Assembly (NCBI GenBank): GCA_964035545.1 | Contig: OZ037766.1 | Span: forward strand, 6,252,722-6,316,721 | Length of the DNA stretch: 64,000 nt | Direction: 5' to 3' | DNA from: Bugula neritina | Taxonomy: Eukaryota > Animalia > Bryozoa | Shown here: in pieces, positions 31,172-43,499 of the stretch | Layout: each line of letters opens with the position of its first letter | Numbering within the stretch: the first letter of the stretch is position 1 | The notes under the pieces: generated by a model | Told to the model about the DNA's origin: nothing | The model's database searches: none | What the model saw: only the letters and a program-made list of their open reading frames with translations | Program-made: the position numbers and the translations under genes

Positions 31172-33040
31172 ATGGGTTTAGATGGAGGAACCATACCAAC
31201 TCGAGGAGAACTCGTACAAGTCAAGAAAAAGCCTGAGCAGGTTTGTTATAATTACTGCATGTCAATTTATCTTGAAACCATTATAGTTGACCAAGCTCAA
31301 AATTTTCTAATGTCATCCTTAAATTTTAGGCATCTGAATAAGTAATAGGCTTATATAGTACAGCACATATGTTGGCATTGTTGACGGTTGTTGCTTTTTC
31401 ATGTACTTCGCTTTTGCAAAAAATACTGTTTCTTGCCTAGTAGTCAATAAGTGAAATCATGTGGAAAAAGTTAAATTTTAAAATTGTTTGTTCTATCATG
31501 CATTTTATTGTTGTTTTGGTTTTTGATGTTCTTTGACAGCCTGATAACTATTAATCCCATTGATTGTTGTAGAAAGACAAACATTCCGATACACATCATA
31601 AATGGAACAATTGTACAATAACACAGCTTCCGTTAGAGTTACCTGTGGTATTATGTCATTTAGGAATGTAAGCCTTGTGCCAAGCACACATTAGTTTATT
31701 AGAAGTATAAATTATAAACTTTAAAGTACAAAAATAATATCAATAATAATTTATATAAAAATATCCTTCTAAAATTTTTGTATGCTGTATACTTTTTACT
31801 TGCTTTAGATATATGCAAATAATATATTGTGTCATACACATACATTATTAAACAATTCTTACATTTATTTGCACTGTAAACATTGTTGTGGACCACATGT
31901 TTTAGGCTATTTAATAAAAGTTCTATACTAGAATTTTTATTGGGGAAACTGAAGCTGGAAAAGTGCTTGAATTTTCAACATATTGAAAGCCTAAAAGATG
32001 TTTGTGAGCTGAACCTGACCCTCAACAGATCTTCATCTAAGGACAGCTCCAGTTCTGATTTTGTTTGCCCAGTTACAGGCTTAGAAATGAATGGAAAGAA
32101 TAGGTACTGTTCTAAATAAATTATTTATTATACATAACGACATCATTTTCAATAAAAAAACTAGGTTGTGTATGTTGTGGCTTTTGTCGTATATAACACT
32201 GATTGTTATCATGTTTTAGGGAAAAGAAGTTACTTTTTTAAAAACACTTTGAAAGTATACTACTATGAATTTTTGGGTTTACTGAAGGTTTGTGTGTCTC
32301 TGGCAATGTGGATGTGTTGTGTCAGAGAGGGCGCTAAAGGAAGTACCGTCGACTGCATGCTACAAGGTATTACCTACACTTATTAATAGTAATCCAGTGT
32401 GATTCTTACTGTGTGATCATTTCTAGTGCCGAAACTAATATGCAGTTGTTTTTTTGTTGTGTGCTAAAGCAAAATTTTTCTGTAATCAAGTCATTCATCT
32501 TTTTAGTGTGGGAAACGGTATGTTGCAAATGACCTTGTGCATATTAATCCCAATGATGTAGAATTTGAAGTATTACGTGAGAGGATGGCCCAGCGTAAGG
32601 CTTTAAGAAAAATGGCAGGCACGAGTAAGTTACACACTGCTAGAATTTTGTCAGATAAAATTAATGCAGCTTTTACCCAGCAAAGTTCAACGAGTTGTAT
32701 TTGTTGTAATTGTGTCTCTTTTTTAGGTAAATGTAATAAATCAGAAGCTTCAGAAGCTCAAAATCAAACTGACGTTAATTCTAGTTGTGCTGCTTTTAAC
32801 TCATCTCATGCCAGTACGTCTAGTTCTGTGTGCATTGTGACGAGCAAGAGAAAAGAAGACAACTCTAATGACAATGAATATCTTCATATCGTAAAGAAAA
32901 GTAAAAAACTCAAAAAGTCTCACAAGAAACATAAAAAGAATAAAACGCACAAACACCACAAAAGAGATCCTGATGTCAAACCTCAGCTACACTCCGGCTG
33001 GTCTGAAATACTTTCCCGTAGATCAACACACTACTGGTGA
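31172..33040 (+). CDS. RTF2: Replication termination factor 2 (RTF2/C20orf43 family)
   Basis: Exons 31172-31240 (MGLDGGTIPTRGELVQVKKKPEQ), 31573-31667 (KWNNCTITQLPLELPVVLCHLG), 31906-32103 (LFNKSSILEFLL...HIESLKDVCELNL...FVCPVTGLEMNGKNR), 32288-32367 (FVCLWQCGCVVSERALKEV), 32507-32624 and 32727-33040. These are the diagnostic Rtf2 N-terminus and RING-like motifs. Confidence 0.93.
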
Positions 33041-33856
33041 ACATTACTCATCATTGCATTACTATGTCATTCGATATTCGAGACCAAACGTGTCTCTAGC
33101 TAAAGAAAGTTGTTAGCTTTTCCGCAATGCATCAACCAGAAAGGAAACTCAGTTGAAACTGGCTTTAAAAGTAGTTTTGAATGACCAGTTAGTTTATATA
33201 GTGGCTATCTCTAGTTAGGAAGGTACAAATGAGAGGCTTTTTAAATTGCTATAAGTTATTTCTCATTACCATAACCTTATACAAATAATTGTAATTTATA
33301 TAACTGCATAGTGTTGATGGAAAGTGTTTTGTTTTTAATATTCAATTTGATTGATGATTATCAGAATTACTCTGCAAACTACTGTACTGTATATATACCA
33401 CTATGCTACATAATAGTGGGTAATGGTTTTGTCACCATTGTTAATCAACTTCAACTATTGTCTCTTTAGTAATCATTTTAGCAAGTTCGAGCTACAAATA
33501 TTTGTAGCTTAAACTTGTCTCATAAACTATTATTTCATAAATCAGCTGCATTAATTGCTCTACTAAAAATAAAATGCTGGCCAGTGTATGGCAGAGGTCA
33601 TAGGTGAAACATGACAACATAAAAGCAGATTTTCTTTAGCAAATATATCAATGGTGAAATGCTAAATTAGTACAAAATAACAAGATATAGATTGCATGAA
33701 ATATCATTATACTATTTTATTGCACAAAGAACAAAAAAAATACCAAAAAAACAGAAAGAAATCTTGAATTTTTGGATATAGCCCTTGGCTGGGTACTTTA
33801 ACCACATAGAGATGGCACCTTGGGTGTGTGAGCGGCAATGAATGAGTGGCTGTCAG

Positions 33857-36800
33857 TTAGAGAGTTATAATGGCTGTTCTGTCAATGCTTACTAGTTTCG
33901 TCAAACTTTCACCTAGTGACAATAAAAGCATCTCATTAAACTGATATAAACCACAGAGACTCCCAACTAAATGAAATTATATACTACATAACAGTATCCA
34001 GTGCACATAATGACTTTTCCTACCTGAACCGAATCTTACAGCATTAAACTGTTAACTAAACTTTGTTAACCTGTTAGCTTTTCTAAACAGCAGCTCCACT
34101 CTATTGGAAGGCAGCTGTTTAGATATAAATATAAAGACTCTACTTGAACCCCGAAACTTTCACTTCAAAGGACCCTTACCTTTCATGTAAGGCATGTTAT
34201 TCAGTTCTATCACAGATCTATCGGTTGCTGGCTGTCGATGTTTATTCCCTAACTTTGACAACCAAGAGGGGTTTTTGGCACGTTTTACTAAAAGACTTTC
34301 TCCTTGAAGAGCTTTTTCATCATGCACCATGACACCTTCATCAAATCTAATGATCTCAATGCCACCAGTGCTGACTTCCCAGCTAAAGGTCACGGAGCAT
34401 ATGTGTCTGAAACCAAATATGAAAACCTTGGCTATAAATCATGCAAGTGTAATAAATTCAGCTCCAACAAAAAGTAAAATATGTATTAAAGTACAGATTG
34501 TTTTTAAATATTTATATATTTAATTTTCAAATGTTATGGTTCAAGTATATTAAACTATTGATATAATTATAAACTAGTGAATTATCATGATGCTAACAGA
34601 TTATTTAAATAATGATAAAGCATATAAAATTATGTAGGAATGCAGACCATATGAATACCATAGCACTTTCTAAATGACAATACTACCAAATATCCGTAGC
34701 AAAAGCTGGGCAGAAATAATAACAAACCGCAAAATCAATAAATATTTTAAAAACTAAAAAACATGGAAAATTGGGGAGCCAAGTGCAGAGCCAAGGTGGA
34801 CATGAAATTATTATAATTGAAACTTACTCGTCCAAGTGATCGAAAAATCTTGGATCTTCTCCTATTTTAAAAGTCAGTTCACAAATAGCAGCACCGGTTT
34901 CTGCACAAATCTAAAATGTAAGACATTTGGTGGTTACATGATATTACTATGAGTACACAGTAAATGTTACATAATATTATTATGAGTAGACAGTCAGTGT
35001 TACATAATATTACTATGAGTAAGACAGCTAATGTTACATGATATTACCATAAACGATGAATGAAGAATTACTCTGTAAAACTTACAGAATGGTAAAACTG
35101 ACTAAAAGTAAAATTGTTCTAACCCAGAAACACAGTTACCCTTCTGCAACACATTTTAATGTAATGTGCTATGAAGAAGAATGATTTGTAAGAAACTGTA
35201 TTATGCTCAATTCAACATTGCGAAAACATATTTAAAATGATACCAATATATGCCGGAAAATTCAAAAGGAAAATATCTACCAAAGAGCAGTTGATAATTT
35301 ATTTACAATATACTTATTCCTATAATCTTATCAAAGTGAATTACATGCATATGCATATGGCATAGTTTCAGACTAGGTTGTATCTTTTCCCCAACATGCT
35401 GGAAGAGTCATAGTATGAAATGCAAATAAAGAGTAAAACAGTCTCATTTATTACGAAGGCACAAACACAATTCACAGCCACAAGATTACATAAAGTGCTT
35501 GATTACCTCAATATACTCAGCTTTCCAATCTTTGAGAATACAGTATGAATTGAACCAAGATGTTTTCTCCTGCATTATTGGATTTATTTCCTCTATAATT
35601 AGTAACTGTAAATCTACCCAGCTGCGCCTCACTAGCAGGCATGTCTAAAACAACAAAAAGGAAACTGTTTTTATCGCAGTCTTGAAAAACAAAACAAGAA
35701 ACATATATGCAATATCACTGCTAAGGTATTGGCTGAATTCAAGTTACCTCATAAATTGATTAGTTTTCATCCTTATTCAAATTTGCCAAGTAAGTATATA
35801 CTTGTGTCAATCAAAGTGTGACATTTTTATTATTTGTTGTAAGAATTTCAATCTGGATAGTCACAGTTCATATTCACAGTTCACACTACTATAACAAGTG
35901 TGAAACATACATGTGACAACTCTTCTTTGGACAGACTCTGAAGAACATTGTTAGGATGCATTGGAAGATAATACTTTCTTTCAGTAGTGGTGCAGCTCAT
36001 GGTGAAATCATCACATGGGTCACTCACTCCCTTTACTTCTATAAATAAAAGCACACTCGCCATTTATTTATGTTTACATTTGAGATTTGATTAAAGGTCC
36101 TGCTGCATCATGTGAAATTTCCCGTTACCTGCTGCATACAATACGTTGCCAGCAGGAGCAAAACTTTGTGAAAATTGTATTTTTCCATGACTTTATTGTC
36201 CGTTATAAATTATTTTAGTTTGAAATTTCACTTGCGATTTTCAATAATGCTCAATAAAATGAAATAAAAAGTAGACATGGAAAACAAAAATTGGAGTGAT
36301 TTATAATAATCATTCGATTATATCACTACTGCAAAACCTTTAGCAATATTCATTTAATATATCGCCATGAAATCTGCACAAACAGCCCTAAATTTTGCCG
36401 CTTGTGAGAAGTTTGTGCCAGAAATTCCTTTCTATGAGTCAGGAACCTAACTGATGCTAATTTCTCTATACAAGACCTACCCAGAGCATTCCCAGTAGTG
36501 TGTCCAGCATATAAAGTGGTCCTAACATTTGATATGTGGTCCCCATATCCCGCACTGTGAGTGTTCATGTCTAGAGTGTTAGCTGTAGAGTGCGACATGG
36601 AAACGCAATACAACTTTTGCCCTGATATATTAAGGTACATGGTATTTGGTATACTCAGATGTTTCTCCGCTTTAGTTTGATGGTCCCCTTCGACGGTTCC
36701 AATAAAATCTAATAAGCAGTCGTGGACAACGCATCCAAATGTTTGTAAAGTCTTGCCTAAAATTAACAAAAAAATTCAAAATATTGAATCAGAGCCATAA

Positions 36801-39089
36801 TTTTGACATTATTTCATCTTCGTAAAAATTAATGACCACAACCAAACTCACTACCATAAATATATAGTTTCTAACAGTTATAACAAATAGGAGTAATTCT
36901 CCACTTGGATAAGCTGTCAATGCTTACTTTTCAAGCACATAGGGCAATTGTAGGGTGAGACTGGGCTAGGTACTGGCATGTAAGTGATGGATAATATGGA
37001 ACTCCTCTCTCCACTGCAACACAAACATGGCACTTAGTCTGCAATAGCAACTGGTAGAAAATAAACTTGCTGATTTAAAATAAATAAAACCGAGCTCATT
37101 ATCAATACATTGATACAAAATGAAAATAACATGTTTATTGAACAGAAGTATGTGGTCATATTTGCTGCACAATTAAAAAATGAAAACTGGGCATATTTCA
37201 GTATAGGCAGCGCTGTATATATTTTACTCACTTAAAATACCAATATGCAATCCAAGTTAAAAAGTTACTATAATTTGCCTGTCTAAAATAAAACTCTTAA
37301 TTTTAATGTGCAAGTGTATAGTAAGTGTGCACAATAATCATATGTAGGCAACAACTACTTTCAATAATGTTATCTGATCAACTAAATCTAGACGCACCTT
37401 GATTCATCCAAGACAAAGATTCTTTCTCCAAAGACTAGAATATGGTTAGGTTTTTCTATCCACTGATATATAGTTATTTTTTGTTCTTCCAAAAAATGTT
37501 CATAGCTTCTATCGAAATCCCGAAATATGTTCCTCACAAATTTCTGCAAAAAATTGATGGCCAAAACTACAGCATTGAATAATATTGGGCTTCAGTTAGA
37601 GCAACACACAGAGCTAAAGAGTGAAATTGACAAATCACCAGAGACTGGAAAAATGGGAGAATAACGAAACACTTGAGCATTGGGAGCGCAGCTGAAAAAA
37701 TATTTAGGTTTAGTTTTGTAAATAGTAACAAAAATAAGTGCTTTACAAGCCGAATTTGTATATATAAAGCATCTCACCAATTCTAAGGGTCTTTTTGAAT
37801 TGTATAACCAAAACTCCAACATCAAGCCAGAAGAATTCTGAGAAGAGAATGTGTTAGTATCCATATCTATATTATTTTCTAATGCTTCGAATGTGTATAA
37901 AGGGTCCATGCCACTCCTATAAGACACCAACCAATATGTTCCCTTGAGAAAACCTAAAAATACTCGTCTAAAAAAAACAATTATATACAAGTGAGATACT
38001 GAAAAGAAAGAGAACAAGGTTTTAGCATTCAATCATAATTCCTCAATTCACCATGCATAATGTTTTCTTTATATGCCTGAAACATTCAACAGTAAAAAAT
38101 TCTCATTTGAAATCAATTCACTTTGTAAAAGAAACATTGGGATTGCAATTATTGGTTAAAGGAAACTTCTGGATGTTGAATGATATGTTTACGTGTAAAT
38201 TACCTGCATAAGTGACTTTCAGCCTTGACTATTTCACGAAGACGTCTTGGCTTCACAACAAGGTTCAAAAATCTTGCTGTGCATCTTCGATTCTCCTTCA
38301 GTCGCGATAATGGTAAACCAGTGATCTGAAAAAGCAAGGCGGTGCAATAAATAAAATTATGTTTATACACAAAATATAGGTCAAAACATTCTAAATTTTT
38401 AAACCTACTTGTTGCTTTAACAAACGAGGTAACATGTTTAAACATCTTTTGGGCTTGCGATTGTTGCAAGCAACCTTTGCCATGAGATTATCATTAGTGC
38501 ATGCTGGAAAGTAATTCTCTTTCTGCCCTACAAGATACCAAACATTAACAAATTAGAGCCCAAATAATATTTGACGCTGTAGCAATTGCACATTATACTA
38601 TATTTACAACTAGTAATATCAATAATAAGTAAAACATACATGGCTTGGAGACTATAATATTATTTCTACTTCCAGGCAACTTATGTAAAGTTCAGGTAAA
38701 AACTACCTTACTAGCGCAAAGCCACATTTTCTGTTAGTTTTATTGGCTAGCGAAATAAGTATTAAATAATGAGTAGAAAATTAACTTATGAGTATTATGA
38801 TTAAATTAGCATGGTTAGTAAGTTTAATGTTACAAATGACACAGCTACTGCTGCTTTTATGGCCTACATAACTACAGTACGTATGCTATACAACTAGAAT
38901 GTCTTATTTTGAGTCTAATCTATCATGAACGAATGAAAATTATATTCAGAGTTTAGGATGTTTACAGATGTATTTTTCACTATTAATCACTATCTAGTTC
39001 TAAAAGCTATATTTACCTTTATTGTTGGTTTGACTCCTGTTTATAGCCATGGCTATATTCAACTGATCAACATTTGTTAAGACTGACAT
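33857..39089 (-). CDS. DCAF15: DDB1- and CUL4-associated factor 15 (divergent)
   Basis: Spliced peptide LNMLPRLLKQQ|ITG...RVFLGFLKGTYWLVSYRSG...LEFWLYNSKRPLEL|KFVRNIFRD...ITIYQWIEKPNHILVFG and C-terminus SYCILKDWKAEYIE|ICAETG...FSWEVSTGGIE...VIELNNMPYMK|GESLTKLVSIDRTAIITL* parallels my recollection of human DCAF15 (HIFLGFSKCGRYVLSY; LYWWEFNVHSKLKL; AWDLNTG; KGCSLKVLADSERYTWIVL). Start is 39089 or 39050; middle exons (35900-36760) are not fully resolved. Confidence 0.82.
34932..35050. repeat. Intronic minisatellite, ~33-34-bp unit, about 3.5 copies
   Basis: GTTACAT[G/A]ATATTA[C/T]TATGAGTA..CAG repeated. Confidence 0.75.
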
Positions 39090-40684
39090 CTTAATCTTTC
39101 TTTGATGAGGAAATTATCACTTGCAGCATTGACCCCCTTATTCAGAACTCAACGTCAACTTGAACATTAGGTTGAACTTTTTCAAAGATAGACTTTTACT
39201 TTAACTAAAAATTATAACTAATCAGCTTGAATCACAAATACAAATTAAAATACACTTATTTTCAACTAAACAGATTTAATTCACAAACAAAATATTGTAA
39301 AATTAGAAATTTTACAAGAAATTTTATTGTACAGCTTAGGCTAATCATTTAGAATCAACATGACAACATCTTTATCACTATTACTATCAACCTCCTATGG
39401 TGATACTGATAGTCACACTCATAGTCTTACTGATAGAGATACTCGTTGTGATTGTTATTGTGGCATTGCCATTTGTGACTTGTCTTTCACTTTGTGATTT
39501 GACTTATAGTTATAGTAATATTTATACTTATAGTTATATTATAACTACTAGTACTATTGCAGTATTAGTATTACTATTACTATTAGTATTACTACAACTG
39601 TACAAGTACATAATCAATAATCATAATGATGAATAGTTATAGTAACAGTAACACTATTGCTAAACTTAAAGCACGAGTATAAATATAACAAAAATTATAA
39701 CTATAATACTAGTAATAGTAAAACTGGATCAGCAAAATTATATTTAATTTTATTAATCATAATGATAATCAATAATTATAATTATAATGCTGCCTATGGC
39801 TATTGCTATTGATTCTAAAGTTGAAAATAGATTGAATTTATATTGAATATTTATAATAATTAATAAGACTACACTCTCAAATTTCATGATGATAGATAAG
39901 AAATACAATAATTGTAATCATAATGATAATGGCGAAAGTTTTAGCATAACTTGGAGACATGTACTTGTAGTTGAACATCCCTTTAAGTTCATGCATTAGG
40001 CTTAGCATTTATAGCAGGTTTTTTGTGCAATTTTTTCTTATTCTGGAGCAGTGAAAAGACAACTCCAAATTAACGAAATACTGGCATACGCAATACAAGA
40101 AAGTTTCAAGTATATGCAAACTTATAGATAGTACATAATAATAATATTATGATTATGTGTTAAATTGGTTTGATGTAGGTAAATATATAATATTTATGAA
40201 GTTTTGAGATTCAATTACAGAAAGTATACTTTAAAAAATATCAACTGACTTTGTTGCATATGCTGAACTGTTTTATGCATGGGCAATTTTGCAAAATTAT
40301 ATGTAACTTAAATGAGCCAATAATAATACTTATGCAGTTGGAAATTATTTTATTCGAATAATTAACAGTGTTGGAGTTGATCATGCAAATTAAGAATTTT
40401 TAAAAAGTCATTTGAGATGGCAGGCTTAACTTACACGTAAATGTGTTTATCAATTCCAATTGCTGAAGGACTGCAGTGTGTAGTAGTACTAGTAGCAGTA
40501 TGACCAGATTATTTTTATGTCCAGCCAAGAAAATATACAGCTTTAGGATATCTTGTTCGAATTCTTTTACCTAGTTAATCTTAGCACAGCAAGAATTATG
40601 TGATTTGAAAAATACTGATAGTTTAATAGCAACGTTGACTTAAATTTAGCTTCTTTTTGCATATAAAAAATTATTATATACATG

Positions 40685-42043
40685 TTATTTCCAGGCTAAA
40701 AGAGCAATGTTTCTAGGTGATATTTTATCATCAAATAAAGAGATTAACTGGCAATGAAGTCCCAACTCCAGCAAATATTCTTGACGATCTCTAAGTATTA
40801 ATGATTCCAATACACCTTGCATCATTACTTGTAAAGCATTATACCACATAACGCATGAAAAATATGGCCTGCACTCTTCATAACATAGCAATAGATCTTG
40901 TCGCACTGTAATTATGCTATCCAAAGGAGAAAAGTCATCCACTCGACTCAACACTGCGTCTATGTAAGTTTCAAATGTTTTAAATGCTGCAGACCCAGTC
41001 AATTTCTTGTGCTTTTTGGTTAAAGATGAGCCTGTTTTCCAGCAGTAGTATTCGAGTACAGCACGAAATACAACATGCTTACTATGATTATTTACTTCCT
41101 GTTCAGTTTTACATAGCCATCTAGATTTGGTTTCCTGGCATGCCAATCGAAGAGCTAGCCCATTTAATTTTCGGTCACTTGGTTCGGTGAAATCATACTC
41201 AGTTTTTAATTTCATGCTCAAAGGAAAATTTTCAAAGGAGGTTTCATTTTCACTGCAAAGTCTATGATAGCAGCAGCCAAGACATATTAGAACTTTGCAT
41301 TCATCAAGATGATGGAATTGAAAAAGAGTAGCTGGCGTCAAATCTCCACAGCAGTGCAAACCTACCATGCAAACTCTTTGGTCAGAGGACCTGGTTCGTA
41401 ATGGTGAGCTAGAAAGATTTAATTGCCTAGGGTTAGATTTACTAGACACACTTGCAGCCTTTGCTTCGTCATGATATGCGAGTGCAGCTTGAATGGCTTT
41501 GGTGCATTCTATGCTCTTGTCCACAATAAGTTGTTCAGTAGCAAAAGATGATGAGTCTGAAGTATAGTTTCTAGCTGATTGACAGTTGCTTGCTCTCAAT
41601 TCAAAGCCTTTTACATCAATGTCATAGAGCGAAGTAAGAGCATTGCCCAAATATCCTAATCCACAACCAATATCTGCTACAAGAGTGCATTTGTGAGTGA
41701 CAAACTTTTCCTTAATAAAAGGAATCATTTTTTTGATTTCATGCTGCTTTTTACATCCCATACCTTTTTTCATATGTTCTGGAATGTTAACAGTTTCTTT
41801 CCATTCTAAATCATATCGTTCATTAAATTGTTTTACGAGTGAGCAAAACTGTTTCAAGGAAGCTGGCCAGTTGTCAATTACATTACACTGAATGAGCTGC
41901 TGTAACTCAGCATATGATATGGTAGAGAAAACACTAAACCAATCTCCTGGCATCTTTAACCAAGGCTTGACAATGAACAGCTCAGTCATTTTGCAGTCAA
42001 ATACCCATGAATGCTTTGAACAAAAATTAAGATGAACATCCAT
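40685..42043 (-). CDS. METTL25/RRNAD1-family SAM-dependent methyltransferase, single coding exon
   Basis: KGMGCKKQHEI, VADIGCGLGYL (motif I), CMVGLHCCGDL, LGCCYHRL, FPLS, LESLILRDR and LFDDKISPRN are Methyltransf_32/METTL25-type motifs. First ATG after the splice acceptor is at 42043. The paralog (METTL25 vs 25B vs other) is not resolved. Confidence 0.9.
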   Translation of the reverse strand: MDVHLNFCSKHSWVFDCKMTELFIVKPWLKMPGDWFSVFSTISYAELQQLIQCNVIDNWPASLKQFCSLVKQFNERYDLEWKETVNIPEHMKKGMGCKKQHEIKKMIPFIKEKFVTHKCTLVADIGCGLGYLGNALTSLYDIDVKGFELRASNCQSARNYTSDSSSFATEQLIVDKSIECTKAIQAALAYHDEAKAASVSSKSNPRQLNLSSSPLRTRSSDQRVCMVGLHCCGDLTPATLFQFHHLDECKVLICLGCCYHRLCSENETSFENFPLSMKLKTEYDFTEPSDRKLNGLALRLACQETKSRWLCKTEQEVNNHSKHVVFRAVLEYYCWKTGSSLTKKHKKLTGSAAFKTFETYIDAVLSRVDDFSPLDSIITVRQDLLLCYEECRPYFSCVMWYNALQVMMQGVLESLILRDRQEYLLELGLHCQLISLFDDKISPRNIALLAWK

Positions 42044-43499
42044 TTCAATGTTACTTGAATAAAGCACAGTTGAAAAAAAATAGGAGAACAAAAATAACTA
42101 CATTAAATGACTGCTACAAAAAATTATAATTTAGGATAATTAAAAAATTATAAATATAATAAAATGTAGAGTGAATTGATCAAAGATAATAACTTAACTC
42201 AAAAACAAGTAACAATTTTCCATCCATATCATGCTAGTAAACATTATTTTAGCTAAAACATAATTTTGTTACTTTGCTATTCATAAATCTCATTTGTCAT
42301 TGATTTTTTGGAAAATAAATAGACAGAAATTTTACATTAAGTTTTAGTTTAAGTTTAACTCTAAGACTCACTCACTCTCAGTGACTCAGACTGAAGTCAG
42401 GTAAAAATTAAAAATACTCTACTTCAACTGAGATATTTTGACAAACATAAGACGCAAAACTTATATAGTTATACAGTTAATGTTATAGTAATAACTCAAA
42501 ATATAACACCAACAGTAAATGTAACTTAAGTGTAGACAAAAATTTAATAAATTAATAATCTGATTCACTTTCAGTAAAATTTCCAGCAATATCCTAATAA
42601 AAATATATAATGGGATGGTTGTGAGTATAGCGAACATCAAGTATTCACTTATTATCCACGAATCGGAATACGGCGATTAGAATATAAAAAAGAAAACTCT
42701 GAGAGAAGACAACTGTTATTTATAAAGAAATAGCATTCTTCTTATATATTTTACTAGTGAGATTGAAGATCAAAATAATTATATATGGGTCATTTTACTT
42801 AATGTAGTACACCCTATATATCATTAGTTTGTAGCTATTTTTCACAGTTTAGCCACTAATGTGCATAGCTTCTTGAATTAAACAAATCAAATATTAAGAA
42901 ATATAGCTGAATAGGTAATCAAAGTTGTTTTCTAATTTTGCTTTATTTTTTAGGTTTCATCCTTATGTATAATAATATAATTGCTCATTATTGTACATAT
43001 AATAATTTGAGCACTTTTTTATATTTATCTGCTGTTTAACAAACTCACACTAGAGCTAATATATATATATATATATTATATATATATTATATTATATATA
43101 ATATATTTATAGATTTATAACGTCTGGTACATTATAGTATTTTATATTATATAATATGCAAACTGTTTAATATTTCATATTAAGTTTGTTTAGGCATTTT
43201 AATTTGATTTATATGTTTATACATGTCTTGCACTATTTTACAATAAATGTTTAGAATATGATCTTGTTCACTGTAACATGGCACAAGTAGAGACATGGGA
43301 AGATAAATGCTACTATCATATATCATTCCAAATAAAGAGAATGGTTTTTTAGTCAAGTGTACTTCTAGTGTTCGCACCAATTGAAATATCTATTAGCATT
43401 ATAATATATTAAGTATAGCACTGTATTATTTTATTATTAAATTGTATACCAACAAAATAGATAGACACCAATAATACTATTATATAGAAAAAAATTGCA

